Source of the DNA: an uncultured Candidatus Saccharibacteria bacterium
GTDB lineage: Bacteria > Patescibacteriota > Minisyncoccia > 2-02-FULL-40-12 > GWA2-44-9
Assembly (NCBI GenBank): GCA_964553025.1
Contig: CAZKJF010000007.1
Span: 1 to 62,663, forward strand
Direction of reading: 5' to 3'
DNA: 62,663 nucleotides
Below are positions 52,817 through 62,485 of the stretch, piece after piece; within the stretch, counting starts at the first letter, position 1; each line of letters opens with the position of its first letter. The translations under genes were made by a program, and so were the position numbers. Below the pieces are notes generated by a model. The model ran no database searches. It saw nothing but the letters and a program-made list of their open reading frames with translations, and had not been told where the DNA came from.

Positions 52817-54817
52817 ATGGACAAAGCAGAGGCGCAAAAAAGAATAGCGAAGCTTCGCGAGGTGATAAATCGTCACCGCTATTTGTATCACGTCGAAAAC
52901 CGCCAAGAATTATCTGATGAGGCGGCAGACTCGCTCAAAAAGGAACTGTTTGATCTTGAACAGCAATATCCGGATTTAATCACGCCTGATTCTCCAACCC
53001 AGCGCGTCGCTGGCCAACCCGCCAAAGAATTCTCCAAAGTCCGCCATACCGTACGCGGCAAACCGCTGCGCATGAATTCGCTCAATGACGCATTCTCGGA
53101 ACAAGACATGAAAGACTGGCTCGAACGCCTTGAGAAAACTCTCGGTTCCGAACCCCGAGAATTTTATTGCGACCTAAAAATGGACGGCTTAGCCATTGAA
53201 CTTGTATATCGAGAGGGGATCCTTGCTCAAGCATCCACGCGAGGAGACGGCGATATCGGCGAAGATGTCACCCAAAACATCAAGACCGTGGAAAGCATAC
53301 CGCTGAAATTGCACGGCCGCGATATTCCAGAAGAAGTCGTCGTTCGAGGCGAAATATTCTTAACAAAAAAAGAATTTCATCGCATTAATAAAGGACAAGA
53401 GAAGGCGGGGGATAAAATATATGCCAATCCGCGCAATCTTGTGGCCGGTTCGGTCCGCCAATTAGATCCGAAGATTACCGCAAACCGCAATTTATCCTTC
53501 TATGCATATGCCTACGCCGATTCGGATGAACAGACCCATAAAGGCGAATACCGTAAACTCAACTCTTTTGGCATTCCGACCAATCCCGAAGGTGGAGTCT
53601 GCAAAAACATGAATGAAGTTTCTGCATTTTATAAGCATATCGGAGATATTCGAGAAAAATTGCCCTACGAGATAGACGGTATTGTGGTAAGCCTGAACGA
53701 CAATTCCCAGCTGGAAAAAGCCGGCGTCATTGGCAAAGCGCCACGCGGCATGATCGCATATAAATTCGCGCCGCAAGAAGCGGAGACAATCGTCGAAAAC
53801 ATATCCGTCCAGGTGGGCCGCACAGGCACGCTTACACCTGTTGCGTTCCTTCGTCCGACCACAGTAGGCGGGGTGGTCGTTTCCCGAGCCACGCTTCACA
53901 ACTTAGACGAGATTCGGCGCCTGGACGTTAAGATCGGAGACACAGTCATCATCGGCCGGGCAGGGGACGTAATACCTGATGTGAAGAAAGTCGTTGCCGG
54001 CATGCGGACCGGCAAAGAACGTGAATTCCGTATGCCAACCAAATGTCCGGTTTGCGGCGAAAAGATAGTCAAAATAGAAGGACAGGTTGCGTATAAATGC
54101 GTCAATCAAGATTGCCCAGCCATTCGCCGCGAAGCCATTTACCATTTCGTATCTCGTAAAGCATTGAACATGGACGGCATCGGACCTAAACTCATAGACC
54201 TGCTTATGGAAGCCGCTCTCATTAAGGATTCCGCTGATCTGTACGGCTTGACCGCCGAGGACTTCCTGAACCTGGACCGATTTGCCGAGATTTCAGCCGC
54301 CAATGCCTATCGGGCCATTCATGCCCGAAAAAGCGTACCGCTGTCGCGCTTTATCTATGCGCTTGGCATTCCGCATGTCGGCGAAGAAACCGCGTTCACT
54401 TTGGCGAAGCGTTTTGGCACTTTTGAAAGATTTCGCATGGCCAGCCCGGCTGAACTTCAGGCAATCCAAGATGTCGGACCAGTGGTCTCAAACAGCATCT
54501 CGAGCTGGTTCGAAAAACCGTATAATAAAAAGCTGCTTGAGAAATTTAAAAAATCGGGATTGCACATAGAACCAGAAAAATCCGGCTCGCAAAAGCTCGC
54601 CGGCAAAACATTCGTCCTCACGGGCACGCTGGAAACGTTAAGCCGCGAGCAAGCCAAAGCCATTATCCGGGACAACGGAGGGGATATCTCCTCATCAGTC
54701 TCGGCAGAAACAGACTATGTGGTTGCAGGCGCCGATCCCGGCTCTAAATACGACAAGGCTCAAAAACTCAATACTAAAATCCTTACTGAACAGGAATTTT
54801 TGCGCATGGTACAATAA
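52817..54817 (+). CDS. ligA: NAD-dependent DNA ligase
   Basis: 666 aa: KxDG adenylation motif (CDLKMDGLA), OB fold, Zn finger CPVCG...C, HhH repeats and a BRCT domain. Confidence 0.97.
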   Translation: MDKAEAQKRIAKLREVINRHRYLYHVENRQELSDEAADSLKKELFDLEQQYPDLITPDSPTQRVAGQPAKEFSKVRHTVRGKPLRMNSLNDAFSEQDMKDWLERLEKTLGSEPREFYCDLKMDGLAIELVYREGILAQASTRGDGDIGEDVTQNIKTVESIPLKLHGRDIPEEVVVRGEIFLTKKEFHRINKGQEKAGDKIYANPRNLVAGSVRQLDPKITANRNLSFYAYAYADSDEQTHKGEYRKLNSFGIPTNPEGGVCKNMNEVSAFYKHIGDIREKLPYEIDGIVVSLNDNSQLEKAGVIGKAPRGMIAYKFAPQEAETIVENISVQVGRTGTLTPVAFLRPTTVGGVVVSRATLHNLDEIRRLDVKIGDTVIIGRAGDVIPDVKKVVAGMRTGKEREFRMPTKCPVCGEKIVKIEGQVAYKCVNQDCPAIRREAIYHFVSRKALNMDGIGPKLIDLLMEAALIKDSADLYGLTAEDFLNLDRFAEISAANAYRAIHARKSVPLSRFIYALGIPHVGEETAFTLAKRFGTFERFRMASPAELQAIQDVGPVVSNSISSWFEKPYNKKLLEKFKKSGLHIEPEKSGSQKLAGKTFVLTGTLETLSREQAKAIIRDNGGDISSSVSAETDYVVAGADPGSKYDKAQKLNTKILTEQEFLRMVQ

Positions 54818-54835
54818 CATGATACCCTAACAGCC

Positions 54836-55141
54836 ATGTTAACCGACAAAGACGTTGAACATATCGCGGCCCTGGCTCGCATTCAGCTTACACCTGAAGA
54901 GCATGCGCGCCTGAAAAAAGATCTCGGTTCGATTTTGACGTACGTTGAAACTTTGAACGCCGTAGACACCTCCGGCGTCGCGCCTCTTTACCAAACTACT
55001 GGTTTGCTGAATTCGATCCGTTCTGATCAGGCGCGCGAAGAATTTCCGCCGTCATCCCGACGCGATACGCTTCTTATTGAGCAGGCCCCTGATCATGAGG
55101 GCCGATTCATCAAAGTAAAATCTATTTTAACCAAGAAATGA
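54836..55141 (+). CDS. gatC: Asp/Glu-tRNA amidotransferase subunit C
   Basis: 101 aa. [17 protein letters not shown]-terminus typical of GatC. ATGA overlap with gatA. Confidence 0.9.
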   Translation: MLTDKDVEHIAALARIQLTPEEHARLKKDLGSILTYVETLNAVDTSGVAPLYQTTGLLNSIRSDQAREEFPPSSRRDTLLIEQAPDHEGRFIKVKSILTKK

Positions 55142-56541
55142 CCCTCGAAAAGCTCACCATTATGTCAGCGATTGAAGGCCTGAAACAGGGCGATTTTTCA
55201 GGCGCGGAGCTGTTCGGCCATTACCGCAAAAAAATAGAGAAAGAGAATCCGGATATGAACGCTTATATAACGGTTTTTGATTCCCCGGCGGACGTTTCGT
55301 CCGCCGGGGAATTTGCCGGCGTGCCTTGCGCCATCAAAGACAATATCCTGATCGAAGGCACTCGCACCACCGCCGCTTCCAAAATTCTCGAAAACTATAT
55401 CTCCGCATACGACGCCACGGTCATCAAAAAGCTTCGTGCCGCCGGAGTTTCTTTTCTCGGTAAAACAAATATGGACGAATTTGCAATGGGCGGATCGACT
55501 GAAAACTCGGCATTCGGACCAACCAAAAACCCGATCGATCGGACCCGCGTTCCCGGCGGTTCATCCGGCGGCTCGGCTGCCGCCGTCGCCGCCGATCTTT
55601 GCGTTTTCGCCTTGGGTTCGGATACCGGCGGCTCCATCCGCCAGCCGGCCGCACTCTGCGGCGTCGTCGGCTTGAAGCCCACCTACGGCCGCGTTTCCCG
55701 CCACGGCCTCATTGCCATGGCTTCCTCATTCGATCAGATCGGCCCGATTACAAAAACCGTGAAGGATGCGGCATTGGCGCTGAACATCATCAGCGGCTAT
55801 GATATCTTCGATTCTACGACAGTGCGCCGCGAGGTTCCTGATTTTGCCGCCGCTTTGAAGGGGAACATCCGCAGACTCCGGATCGGAGTACCCAAAGAAT
55901 TCTTTCGGGAAGGCCTTTCGCCGGAAGTGTCCGAGTGCATCAAGGAGGCAGTTGCCCAGCTTGAAAAACTGGGCGGCACAATCGTCGAAATATCGCTGCC
56001 CAACTTTGAGCATGCCTTGGCCGCCTATTATATCGCCGTGCCCAGCGAAATATCAGCCAACTTGAGCCGCTTTGATGGGATCCGCTATGGCTACTCAGCA
56101 CCGCAGAGCAACACGCTTCTTGATACTTACACCAAATCCCGTTCTCATGGTTTCGGCCCCGAGGTGAAGCGACGGATCATGCTCGGAGCATATGCGCTTT
56201 CTTCCGGCTATTATGACGCGTATTATTTAAAAGCCCAAAAAATCCGCGCACTCATCAAAAAAGATTTTGACGATGCTTTTAAAACCGTGGATGTTATCGT
56301 GGGGCCCACAACGCCCAACACCGCCTTTAAGCTGGGAGAGAAAGTTTCTGATCCGCTCACGCTGTACCTGGAAGATATCTATACCGTACCCCTGAATCTG
56401 GCTGGCGTTCCCGGTATTTCAATCCCATGCGGCCAAGGCCGAGACACCAACCTTCCCGTCGGACTGCAATTTATCGGTAAACCTTTTGACGAGGGCTCTC
56501 TGCTCAATGCCGCGTATACCTTTGAACAGTCCCGTTTATGA
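55138..56541 (+). CDS. gatA: Asp/Glu-tRNA amidotransferase subunit A
   Basis: 467 aa with the amidase signature [12 protein letters not shown] and a KDNI motif. Confidence 0.97.
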   Translation: MTLEKLTIMSAIEGLKQGDFSGAELFGHYRKKIEKENPDMNAYITVFDSPADVSSAGEFAGVPCAIKDNILIEGTRTTAASKILENYISAYDATVIKKLRAAGVSFLGKTNMDEFAMGGSTENSAFGPTKNPIDRTRVPGGSSGGSAAAVAADLCVFALGSDTGGSIRQPAALCGVVGLKPTYGRVSRHGLIAMASSFDQIGPITKTVKDAALALNIISGYDIFDSTTVRREVPDFAAALKGNIRRLRIGVPKEFFREGLSPEVSECIKEAVAQLEKLGGTIVEISLPNFEHALAAYYIAVPSEISANLSRFDGIRYGYSAPQSNTLLDTYTKSRSHGFGPEVKRRIMLGAYALSSGYYDAYYLKAQKIRALIKKDFDDAFKTVDVIVGPTTPNTAFKLGEKVSDPLTLYLEDIYTVPLNLAGVPGISIPCGQGRDTNLPVGLQFIGKPFDEGSLLNAAYTFEQSRL

Positions 56542-57125
56542 GCCAACTCTTCAATAATTTTATCGTTACGATCCTGACTGCCATCTATGAAGCAACGTCT
56601 TTGAAATTCGGTTCCTATGACCTGGCTGCCATCACCGAATCAGGCAATGACTACATCCTTCATTCCACAGCTATCCATTTCCTTGAATTCATCTTGGTTC
56701 CGGTCTGTGTTTTGTTTTTTATCGCTATTATTCGGACTTCGCGCAAATCGCACGAATTAAAGCGCACGCTGGCTACCGCAATTGAAACGCCTGCGCAAGC
56801 TTCTCCAACTACGGTTATGCATGACCGCTGGCAGGAAATACTTGCTCATCTTGATTCAAACAATGAAAGCGAATGGAAGGTGGCGATTATCGAAGCCGAT
56901 AAATTAGTGGACGATGTTTTGAAGAATTCGTTTGCCGGCGAGACGATGGGGGAACGGCTTATGAATATCGACAAAACCCAATTGCTTTCGATTGACGGCT
57001 TGTGGGAAGCCCATAAAATCCGGAATCGGCTGGCTCATGAAGTAAACTATTTTCTCCGCCACGCGGAAGCGGTAAAAGCAATCCGGTATTTTGAAGCCGC
57101 GCTGCATGAACTGGGCTCGCTCTAA
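56538..57125 (+). CDS. membrane protein (hypothetical)
   Basis: 195 aa with two N-terminal TM helices and a helical C-domain. 4-nt overlap with gatA. Confidence 0.65.
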   Translation: MSQLFNNFIVTILTAIYEATSLKFGSYDLAAITESGNDYILHSTAIHFLEFILVPVCVLFFIAIIRTSRKSHELKRTLATAIETPAQASPTTVMHDRWQEILAHLDSNNESEWKVAIIEADKLVDDVLKNSFAGETMGERLMNIDKTQLLSIDGLWEAHKIRNRLAHEVNYFLRHAEAVKAIRYFEAALHELGSL

Positions 57126-57132
57126 ACAAAGA

Positions 57133-57176
57133 CGCCGGTGAGCGGTGACCTTCCTGGTCACGCTCACCGGCGTTGT
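57133..57176. terminator. long hairpin between convergent genes
   Basis: ACGCCGGTGAGCGGTGACC-ttcct-GGTCACGCTCACCGGCGT, with one bulge. Confidence 0.7.
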
Positions 57177-57202
57177 CGCTTGGCCGCTACACATAGCGCC
57201 TC

Positions 57203-57619
57203 CTAACCGATCAGATACCTCCGATCTTGATCGGCCTTTTCGAGGGCTTGCTCGAGCTGGCTGACGGCCCGATGCAAGTTCTCGCTCGCGGCGATAATGC
57301 CGCGGGGAGGGAAAGAACTCTCAGCCAGCTCGCGAAGCTCGCTGACTGGCCCGCGAACACGCGCCAGAACATCCAGCGCGTTCTTCCGGAGATGATCGCC
57401 CTCCGCGATCATGGCCTTCCGCGTAGCGGGCGCCGTACTTCGCGCCGTTGCAAAGATCCAATACAGGACCTTGCTCGAACGCTCGGCTAACCGCACGACG
57501 TTAGCCACTTCCGCCGGGACCGGCAATTCCTCGCCGGCCACGACGCGGCGAATCCACGAAACGACGCTCTTGAGCGCATCCCGAGACTCTGCCGTCTTCT
57601 GCTGGGCAGTCGCTAACAT
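57203..57619 (-). CDS. hypothetical protein (helical, GC-rich)
   Basis: 138 aa, no motif recognised. Coding-like periodicity. Confidence 0.55.
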   Translation of the reverse strand: MLATAQQKTAESRDALKSVVSWIRRVVAGEELPVPAEVANVVRLAERSSKVLYWIFATARSTAPATRKAMIAEGDHLRKNALDVLARVRGPVSELRELAESSFPPRGIIAASENLHRAVSQLEQALEKADQDRRYLIG

Positions 57620-57705
57620 GGCTCCCTTCCCGTCGCGAGATGGAAAGAACGAAAAACCGCGACTGGTTTAATTATAGCAAAAAATCGCAATCGGTCAAGA
57701 GTATG

Positions 57706-57733
57706 AAAAATCCGGCCCCTTCGGGGCCGGATT
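57706..57733 (-). terminator. rho-independent terminator
   Basis: AATCCGGCCCC-ttc-GGGGCCGGATT, followed on the minus strand by TTTTCAT. Confidence 0.85.
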
Positions 57734-57743
57734 CGTTGGCAGA

Positions 57744-59069
57744 CTACACCGAAAGCGCTTTTAATTCTGACAGGGCAGCGGGATCAAAGGATTGCACTCT
57801 CTCAATGATTGTCGGCTGATCTTTAAGATTGTCCAGTAGTTTGAGCCAAACGCTTTCGTCGGACGTAAGATGTTCCGATACTGCCACGGCCTCATCAAAT
57901 ACTGGCCCGGAGCCGGTGTGATTGCTTTTGGCAATCGCCAGCTGGGCCTTCATGATGTTGAAGTGGACCGAAGAATCGGTAGTGGTCAGTTCGGCGCTGT
58001 CGAACCATGCGACTGCCACCGGGACGACCTTGCCAGGGGAGAACTGAAGCGCGATCTTGGTCAGCAATTCGATGTCGAACGAAAAATCGAGGATCTGCAT
58101 GCCCGAAGAAATAACTTCGTTGAGAGCCGCGGCCGCAAAGGCCTTCGCGCCGCATTGAGTGTCCTTGGGCAACAGGCCTTTAAGCAAAAGCTCGCGGAAA
58201 TACCGGGCCGTGTTGGCGCGAAGATTCCGGGCCGCTTCAATCTCTAATATAGATTCAGGCAGCCGGCGCGAGCCGGCTGCTGCCATGGCAGCAGCGTTCA
58301 GAATTGGATTGGCCAAGTTGCCGAGCTGGCCGATGTCGACCGACAGATCGCAGTCGGTCAAAACAATTACGTGCGAATCAGCCGTGCCGTGTTTCTCGAT
58401 GGCTTTGGCAATACCGTAATAAACCGCGCCGGCTTTCTTGGTGTTCTTGGGATGCTCAACGCCAATCAGAGCACGAGCTACGATTGCATCGCCACGCTTC
58501 TCATTCCGAACGCCGTCTTCCAGGAACAGAACCTGGAAATGAGGAGTGTCCGCCTTCGCAATCACATCAGCGGCGGCTTGGCCGCTTGTCTCGGGATCAG
58601 GTTTCGACATATCATCCACGATCGTCACTTCATAAGTGCTGGGCGAACCCGCAAACAACCACTGAAGCTGCTTGCTTTTCTCAATGATGAAGTTTTCACC
58701 GTTGGGGTGCTGGCCCGGTCCGGTTCCGCGTTCTTTCATGCGGATATTCTCCCCATAGGCGGGGAGAATGATTGAGGCGTGGAAAGGCCGCGATCCAAGT
58801 ACAGACGCCCGGGAACGGGCAAGCTTTACGGCCAAGTGCAACAAGTTTGGAAGCGAAGATTTTAGATCCGAAGCTGTGGTCTGTTTCTCAAGCGCGACAA
58901 GTTCCTGAAAATCCGCAGCCGCGCGAATAAGCTCACTGGCGATGGTTCGAGCCAAAGCGAGAGTGGCGGGATCCTTGAAATCAGTTTTTACGGTCGTACC
59001 GATCTTCTGCCGATACTGTTGAAGAATATCGTGTGTGGTCATGGTATTGGTATGCATAATGTATGCCAT
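57744..59069 (-). CDS. family-2-like glycosyltransferase (soluble)
   Basis: 441 aa. SIILPAYGEN, a DxD-like TDCDLS motif and QCGAKAF are typical GT2 landmarks. Confidence 0.75.
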   Translation of the reverse strand: MAYIMHTNTMTTHDILQQYRQKIGTTVKTDFKDPATLALARTIASELIRAAADFQELVALEKQTTASDLKSSLPNLLHLAVKLARSRASVLGSRPFHASIILPAYGENIRMKERGTGPGQHPNGENFIIEKSKQLQWLFAGSPSTYEVTIVDDMSKPDPETSGQAAADVIAKADTPHFQVLFLEDGVRNEKRGDAIVARALIGVEHPKNTKKAGAVYYGIAKAIEKHGTADSHVIVLTDCDLSVDIGQLGNLANPILNAAAMAAAGSRRLPESILEIEAARNLRANTARYFRELLLKGLLPKDTQCGAKAFAAAALNEVISSGMQILDFSFDIELLTKIALQFSPGKVVPVAVAWFDSAELTTTDSSVHFNIMKAQLAIAKSNHTGSGPVFDEAVAVSEHLTSDESVWLKLLDNLKDQPTIIERVQSFDPAALSELKALSV

Positions 59070-59181
59070 TTTGAAAGGGCAGTTGTCTATGCTACCAGAA
59101 TTTTACACCAAACACAATGGGTGACGGAGACTGATGAATGACATCAAGACCTATGGTCAAATAGTACCCTACCAAAAAATA

Positions 59182-59210
59182 TCGACAGAAGAGTAGGTGG
59201 TAGGTAGTAT
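59182..59210 (+). promoter_or_regulatory. candidate promoter TCGACA-17-TAGTAT
   Basis: Hexamers and spacing read directly from the sequence, within a 425-bp gene-free gap. Confidence 0.35.
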
Positions 59211-59281
59211 TGTGTATAGGCAAAGCAGAACAGTTCTGCTTTGATGCGCACCTCAAACCGATCCGAAAGGAGGTGAAAAAG

Positions 59282-59398
59282 GTGGGTAAATGGACAGACC
59301 GCGACACGGCCAAACACAGCGGAGACTCTCAGTCGATTCGGAACGAACCCGCAGTTGTGGGACAAATCCGTCTCCATCTCATTTTGCCCACCGACTGA
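59282..59398 (+). CDS. candidate 38-aa microprotein
   Basis: GTG start 8 nt after a perfect AAAGGAGGTGA Shine-Dalgarno (GGAGG at 59269-59273). Product MGKWTDRDTAKHSGDSQSIRNEPAVVGQIRLHLILPTD. Hairpin CCGCGCC-gtc-GGCGCGG (59443-59459) lies downstream. Confidence 0.3.
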   Translation: MGKWTDRDTAKHSGDSQSIRNEPAVVGQIRLHLILPTD

Positions 59399-59494
59399 AT
59401 TCGCCCGAAAACAAAAGGCGGATTCCGTTCTTTCACCCTTTTCCGCGCCGTCGGCGCGGGGAGATTTTGGACTCAATTCCGATCAAGTTTCGTT

Positions 59495-59568
59495 TGGTGG
59501 ACCTACCGGGAGTCGAACCCGGACCTGATCCATGCCATGGATCCGTCATACCGCTAGACTATAGGCCC
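59495..59568 (-). tRNA. tRNA-Ala (GGC)
   Basis: G3:U70 identity pair (GGGCCTA/TAGGTCC). Anticodon stem-loop GATCC-ATGGCAT-GGATC. CCA is encoded. Confidence 0.9.
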
Positions 59569-59569
59569 G

Positions 59570-60235
59570 CTATTTACTGATCATCCTGCCAAGCGTAAGC
59601 AAGTCATAATACACGTTTGCTGAAAGATAATCTATCACACATACCCCCCTATAGTCCACTTTCCGAGATGGTTTGCCGATCGTTCGCGGATCCACGCGCG
59701 TCTTATAAAATTGTCGACGAGAAATACCTGTAACATTCGCCCAAAATCTTTCAAGCTTCTTTATATTTTGATCAGCCCGACACAGAACAGTACACCTAAA
59801 TCTTGGTTCTTCAATAGTATAGCAACGCTTCAATAACCCAAGAAAGAGTCTCACGACCCCAGGATCGGAATTTCCCAATCGCAGAGCGCCACGGGAAGTT
59901 TTTGATCCTTCTCCCAGATAGAGGGCGGCAAGAACCAGTTTTGAAGCGTACGGATTCTTGTTTAAAATATCTAACAAATGCGCATTTTTATTTTCAATAT
60001 TAATAAAATATTTTTGTCTTTTCTTTTTTCGGACAGCAAGAGATTTTAATCGTGCTCTGGCCAGTTTCACGCTGATACTTTTAGCTATTTTTTCTTTTTG
60101 GAAATGAGATAATTCGACACCTCTTAACCAGTAGGAGAGGGTGCTTTTCGATACTTTTGGTATTAACGATGCGATTTCGGAGTAGGTTTTTCCTGACTTT
60201 CTCAAGTCAATCGCTCTTTGCTTAAAATTATACAT
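59570..60235 (-). CDS. LAGLIDADG-type homing-endonuclease-like protein with N-terminal HTH
   Basis: 221 aa. HTH segment KSGKTYSEIASLIPKVSKSTLSYWLR. A single LAGLIDADG-like motif LAALYLGEGSK is followed by LRLGNSDPGVVRLFLGLLKR. The stop codon lies 1 nt from tRNA-Ala. Confidence 0.6.
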   Translation of the reverse strand: MYNFKQRAIDLRKSGKTYSEIASLIPKVSKSTLSYWLRGVELSHFQKEKIAKSISVKLARARLKSLAVRKKKRQKYFINIENKNAHLLDILNKNPYASKLVLAALYLGEGSKTSRGALRLGNSDPGVVRLFLGLLKRCYTIEEPRFRCTVLCRADQNIKKLERFWANVTGISRRQFYKTRVDPRTIGKPSRKVDYRGVCVIDYLSANVYYDLLTLGRMISK

Positions 60236-60241
60236 ATCATG

Positions 60242-60270
60242 ATTGTACTATAGACTTTATTCATGTTCAA
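60242..60270 (-). promoter_or_regulatory. candidate promoter TTGAAC-17-TACAAT, 6 nt upstream of ATG
   Basis: The -10 is the complement of 60242-47 and the -35 is the complement of 60265-70. The ATG is the complement of 60233-35. Confidence 0.45.
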
Positions 60271-60288
60271 CGAGTTCAATTTACTCTA

Positions 60289-60317
60289 TTGAGATTAGAA
60301 TATATTTGTGGCATAAT
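60289..60317 (+). promoter_or_regulatory. candidate promoter TTGAGA-17-TGgCATAAT for tRNA-Arg/cca/dut
   Basis: Read directly from the sequence, about 19 nt upstream of the tRNA 5' end. Confidence 0.5.
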
Positions 60318-60335
60318 TAATTCGTAACCAATCCG

Positions 60336-60411
60336 GTCCCCGTAGTTCAACGGATCAGAACTGGAGACTCCTAAGCTCCCGATCCAAGTTCGACTCTTGG
60401 CGGGGACACCA
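60336..60411 (+). tRNA. tRNA-Arg (CCU)
   Basis: Acceptor GTCCCCG/CGGGGAC; anticodon loop CTCCTAA, with an A31-G39 mismatch closing the stem. CCA is encoded. Confidence 0.88.
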
Positions 60412-60417
60412 ATACGC

Positions 60418-61860
60418 ATGACATTACCTTCTGAAGTTCTGACTGTATTGGAGACCCTGCGCGGGGGCGGTTTTGACGCGTATGCGGTCGGCGGATGCGT
60501 CCGCGATCTCCTTCGCGGCGAGGCGCCGAAAGATTGGGATGTCACCACCAATGCCCGGCCAGAAGAAATCCAAAAATTGTTTCCCGAACATGTCTACGAG
60601 AATACGTTCGGCACCGTCGGCGTTAAGACGGGTTCGGACGAACCAACGCGAGCAATCATTGAGGTGACGCCCTACCGCATCGAGGGGAAATACAGCGACA
60701 AGCGGCATCCGGACGAGATCCGCTTCGCTAAAACGCTCCGAGAAGACCTCTCGCGCCGCGATTTTACCGTCAACGCCATGGCTATGGATAAAGACGGGAA
60801 CATCATTGACGAATTCGGCGGAACGAAAGACCTGCAAAACAAAATCTTGCGGACCGTCGGCGATCCGAACCAGCGTTTTTCCGAAGACGCATTGCGAATT
60901 CTGCGCGCCGCGCGATTCGCCACGGTTCTGAATTTCGCGTTCGACGAGGCGACGCGCGCGGCAACGACCGCTACTGCCGCCTGGCTGGAAGCAATCTCAA
61001 AAGAACGAATCCGCGATGAATTTCTCAAGATCATCGAGTCGCCCCGCGCGTATCAGGGAGTTTTGCTTCTCGAAGAATTGGGTCTTTTGAAGTACATCGT
61101 ACCCGAGCTCCGCGAGGGGATCAGCGTAACCCAGAATCTTCACCACATCTATACGGTCTGGGAACACAATGCGCTGGCTTTGCAATATGCCGCTAATCAA
61201 GGATATTCGCTGGCCGTCCGCCTGGCGGCCCTCTTCCATGACATCGGCAAACCCCGCTCTAAGCGCGGCGAAGGCACATACGCCACCTTCTACGGCCATG
61301 AGGTCATCGGCGCGCGCATGGCCGCCGGCATCGCCGAACGCCTGAAGTTCTCCGGCGATCTGACCGATCGCCTCGTCAAACTCGTCCGCTACCACATGTT
61401 TTTCTATAACGTCGGCGAGGTGACAGAATCGTCGGTCCGGCGCCTGATTGCAAACGTAGGCAAAGAAAACGTCGAGGATCTTCTCAAGCTCCGGGAAGCC
61501 GACCGGATCGGGTCCGGTCGGCCCAAAGCCGTGCCGTACAAATTGCGGCATCTGAAATATATGATCGAGAAGGTATCTAAGGATCCGATCTCGGTTAAAA
61601 TGCTCAAGGTCGACGGCCATGACGTCATGAATGAGCTCAAGGACGGCCCGGGCCCGAAAGTCGGCTTGGTATTGAACATGCTCTTAGCCGAGGTGCTCGA
61701 CGAGCCCGGGTTGAACGTGCGTGAACGCCTTATCAGCCGCATCCACGAACTGGACAAAAGCACGCCCCAAGAACTCGCCGCCGCCCTGGAAAAGATACAA
61801 AACGCCCAGCAAGCAGAGGACCAAGCCATCGCCGAAAAACATCATGTCGAAACAAATTAA
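60418..61860 (+). CDS. cca: CCA-adding tRNA nucleotidyltransferase (with HD domain)
   Basis: 480 aa from MTLPSEVL, with nucleotidyltransferase motifs GGCVRDLL and DWD and the HD motif LFHDIGK. The track ORF start at 60397 overlaps the tRNA. Confidence 0.9.
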   Translation: MTLPSEVLTVLETLRGGGFDAYAVGGCVRDLLRGEAPKDWDVTTNARPEEIQKLFPEHVYENTFGTVGVKTGSDEPTRAIIEVTPYRIEGKYSDKRHPDEIRFAKTLREDLSRRDFTVNAMAMDKDGNIIDEFGGTKDLQNKILRTVGDPNQRFSEDALRILRAARFATVLNFAFDEATRAATTATAAWLEAISKERIRDEFLKIIESPRAYQGVLLLEELGLLKYIVPELREGISVTQNLHHIYTVWEHNALALQYAANQGYSLAVRLAALFHDIGKPRSKRGEGTYATFYGHEVIGARMAAGIAERLKFSGDLTDRLVKLVRYHMFFYNVGEVTESSVRRLIANVGKENVEDLLKLREADRIGSGRPKAVPYKLRHLKYMIEKVSKDPISVKMLKVDGHDVMNELKDGPGPKVGLVLNMLLAEVLDEPGLNVRERLISRIHELDKSTPQELAAALEKIQNAQQAEDQAIAEKHHVETN

Positions 61861-62281
61861 GCTCAAGCGTTTTGATAAGTCGCTCCCGCTTCCCGCATAC
61901 AAAACCAAGGGAGCGGCGGGCTTCGATCTGGCGGCGAGAGAAACCGTCACCATCACGCCCGCAACGGCCGCGATGGTGCCGCTCAATGTTGCAATCACCA
62001 TTCCCAAGGACCATTTCGTTATCCTTGCCGCCCGAAGTTCGCTTCACAAGCTCGGTCTTTTACCGATAAACGGGGTGGGGATTGTGGATTCGGATTATGC
62101 CGGCGAGGAAGATGAATATAAATTTCTCGCATATAATTTTACCAAGAAACCCGTGACTATCGAGAAAGGGACTCGCATCGCTCAGGGAATTTTTGTTAAG
62201 TTCACCCGGGCCACATGGAAAGAGGTTTCAAAAATGACCGCTAAAACGCGGGGCGGCTTTGGCAGTACCGGCGATCGCTAG
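61844..62281 (+). CDS. dut: dUTP diphosphatase
   Basis: 145 aa from MSKQIKLKRF, with AAGFDL, GIVDSDY and C-terminal RGGFGSTG motifs. Confidence 0.9.
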   Translation: MSKQIKLKRFDKSLPLPAYKTKGAAGFDLAARETVTITPATAAMVPLNVAITIPKDHFVILAARSSLHKLGLLPINGVGIVDSDYAGEEDEYKFLAYNFTKKPVTIEKGTRIAQGIFVKFTRATWKEVSKMTAKTRGGFGSTGDR

Positions 62282-62324
62282 GCCTGGTAAAAACCCTAAA
62301 ATCTGGTATTATTGACCCGATATT

Positions 62325-62395
62325 CGGGCTGGAGTATGCCGGTAGTACGCACGATTCGGGTTCGTGAAGACCGAGTTCGATTCTCGGCAGCCCGA
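62325..62395 (+). tRNA. tRNA-Pro (CGG)
   Basis: C1:G72 acceptor CGGGCTG/CAGCCCG; anticodon stem-loop CACGA-TTCGGGT-TCGTG. Confidence 0.88.
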
Positions 62396-62407
62396 CAGTT
62401 TGGCCAG

Positions 62408-62481
62408 GGGCCTGTAGTTAAGTGGTACAACGCCGCATTCGCATTGCGGAGGCGCGAGTTCGATTCTCGCCAGGTCCACCA
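62408..62481 (+). tRNA. tRNA-Ala (CGC)
   Basis: G3:U70 pair (GGGCCTG/CAGGTCC); anticodon stem-loop CCGCA-TTCGCAT-TGCGG. CCA is encoded. Confidence 0.9.
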
Positions 62482-62485
62482 TATT

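Noticed and set aside
59073-59300. RNase P RNA suggested by fragments resembling conserved regions (GAAAGGGCAG, GATGAATGAC, GGTGAAAAAGGTGGGTAA)
   Set aside because: The fragments occur in the wrong 5'-to-3' order for RNase P. The GAGGAAAGUCC and ACAGAAnCCGGCUUA P4 strands are absent, and the first fragment abuts the GT gene start.
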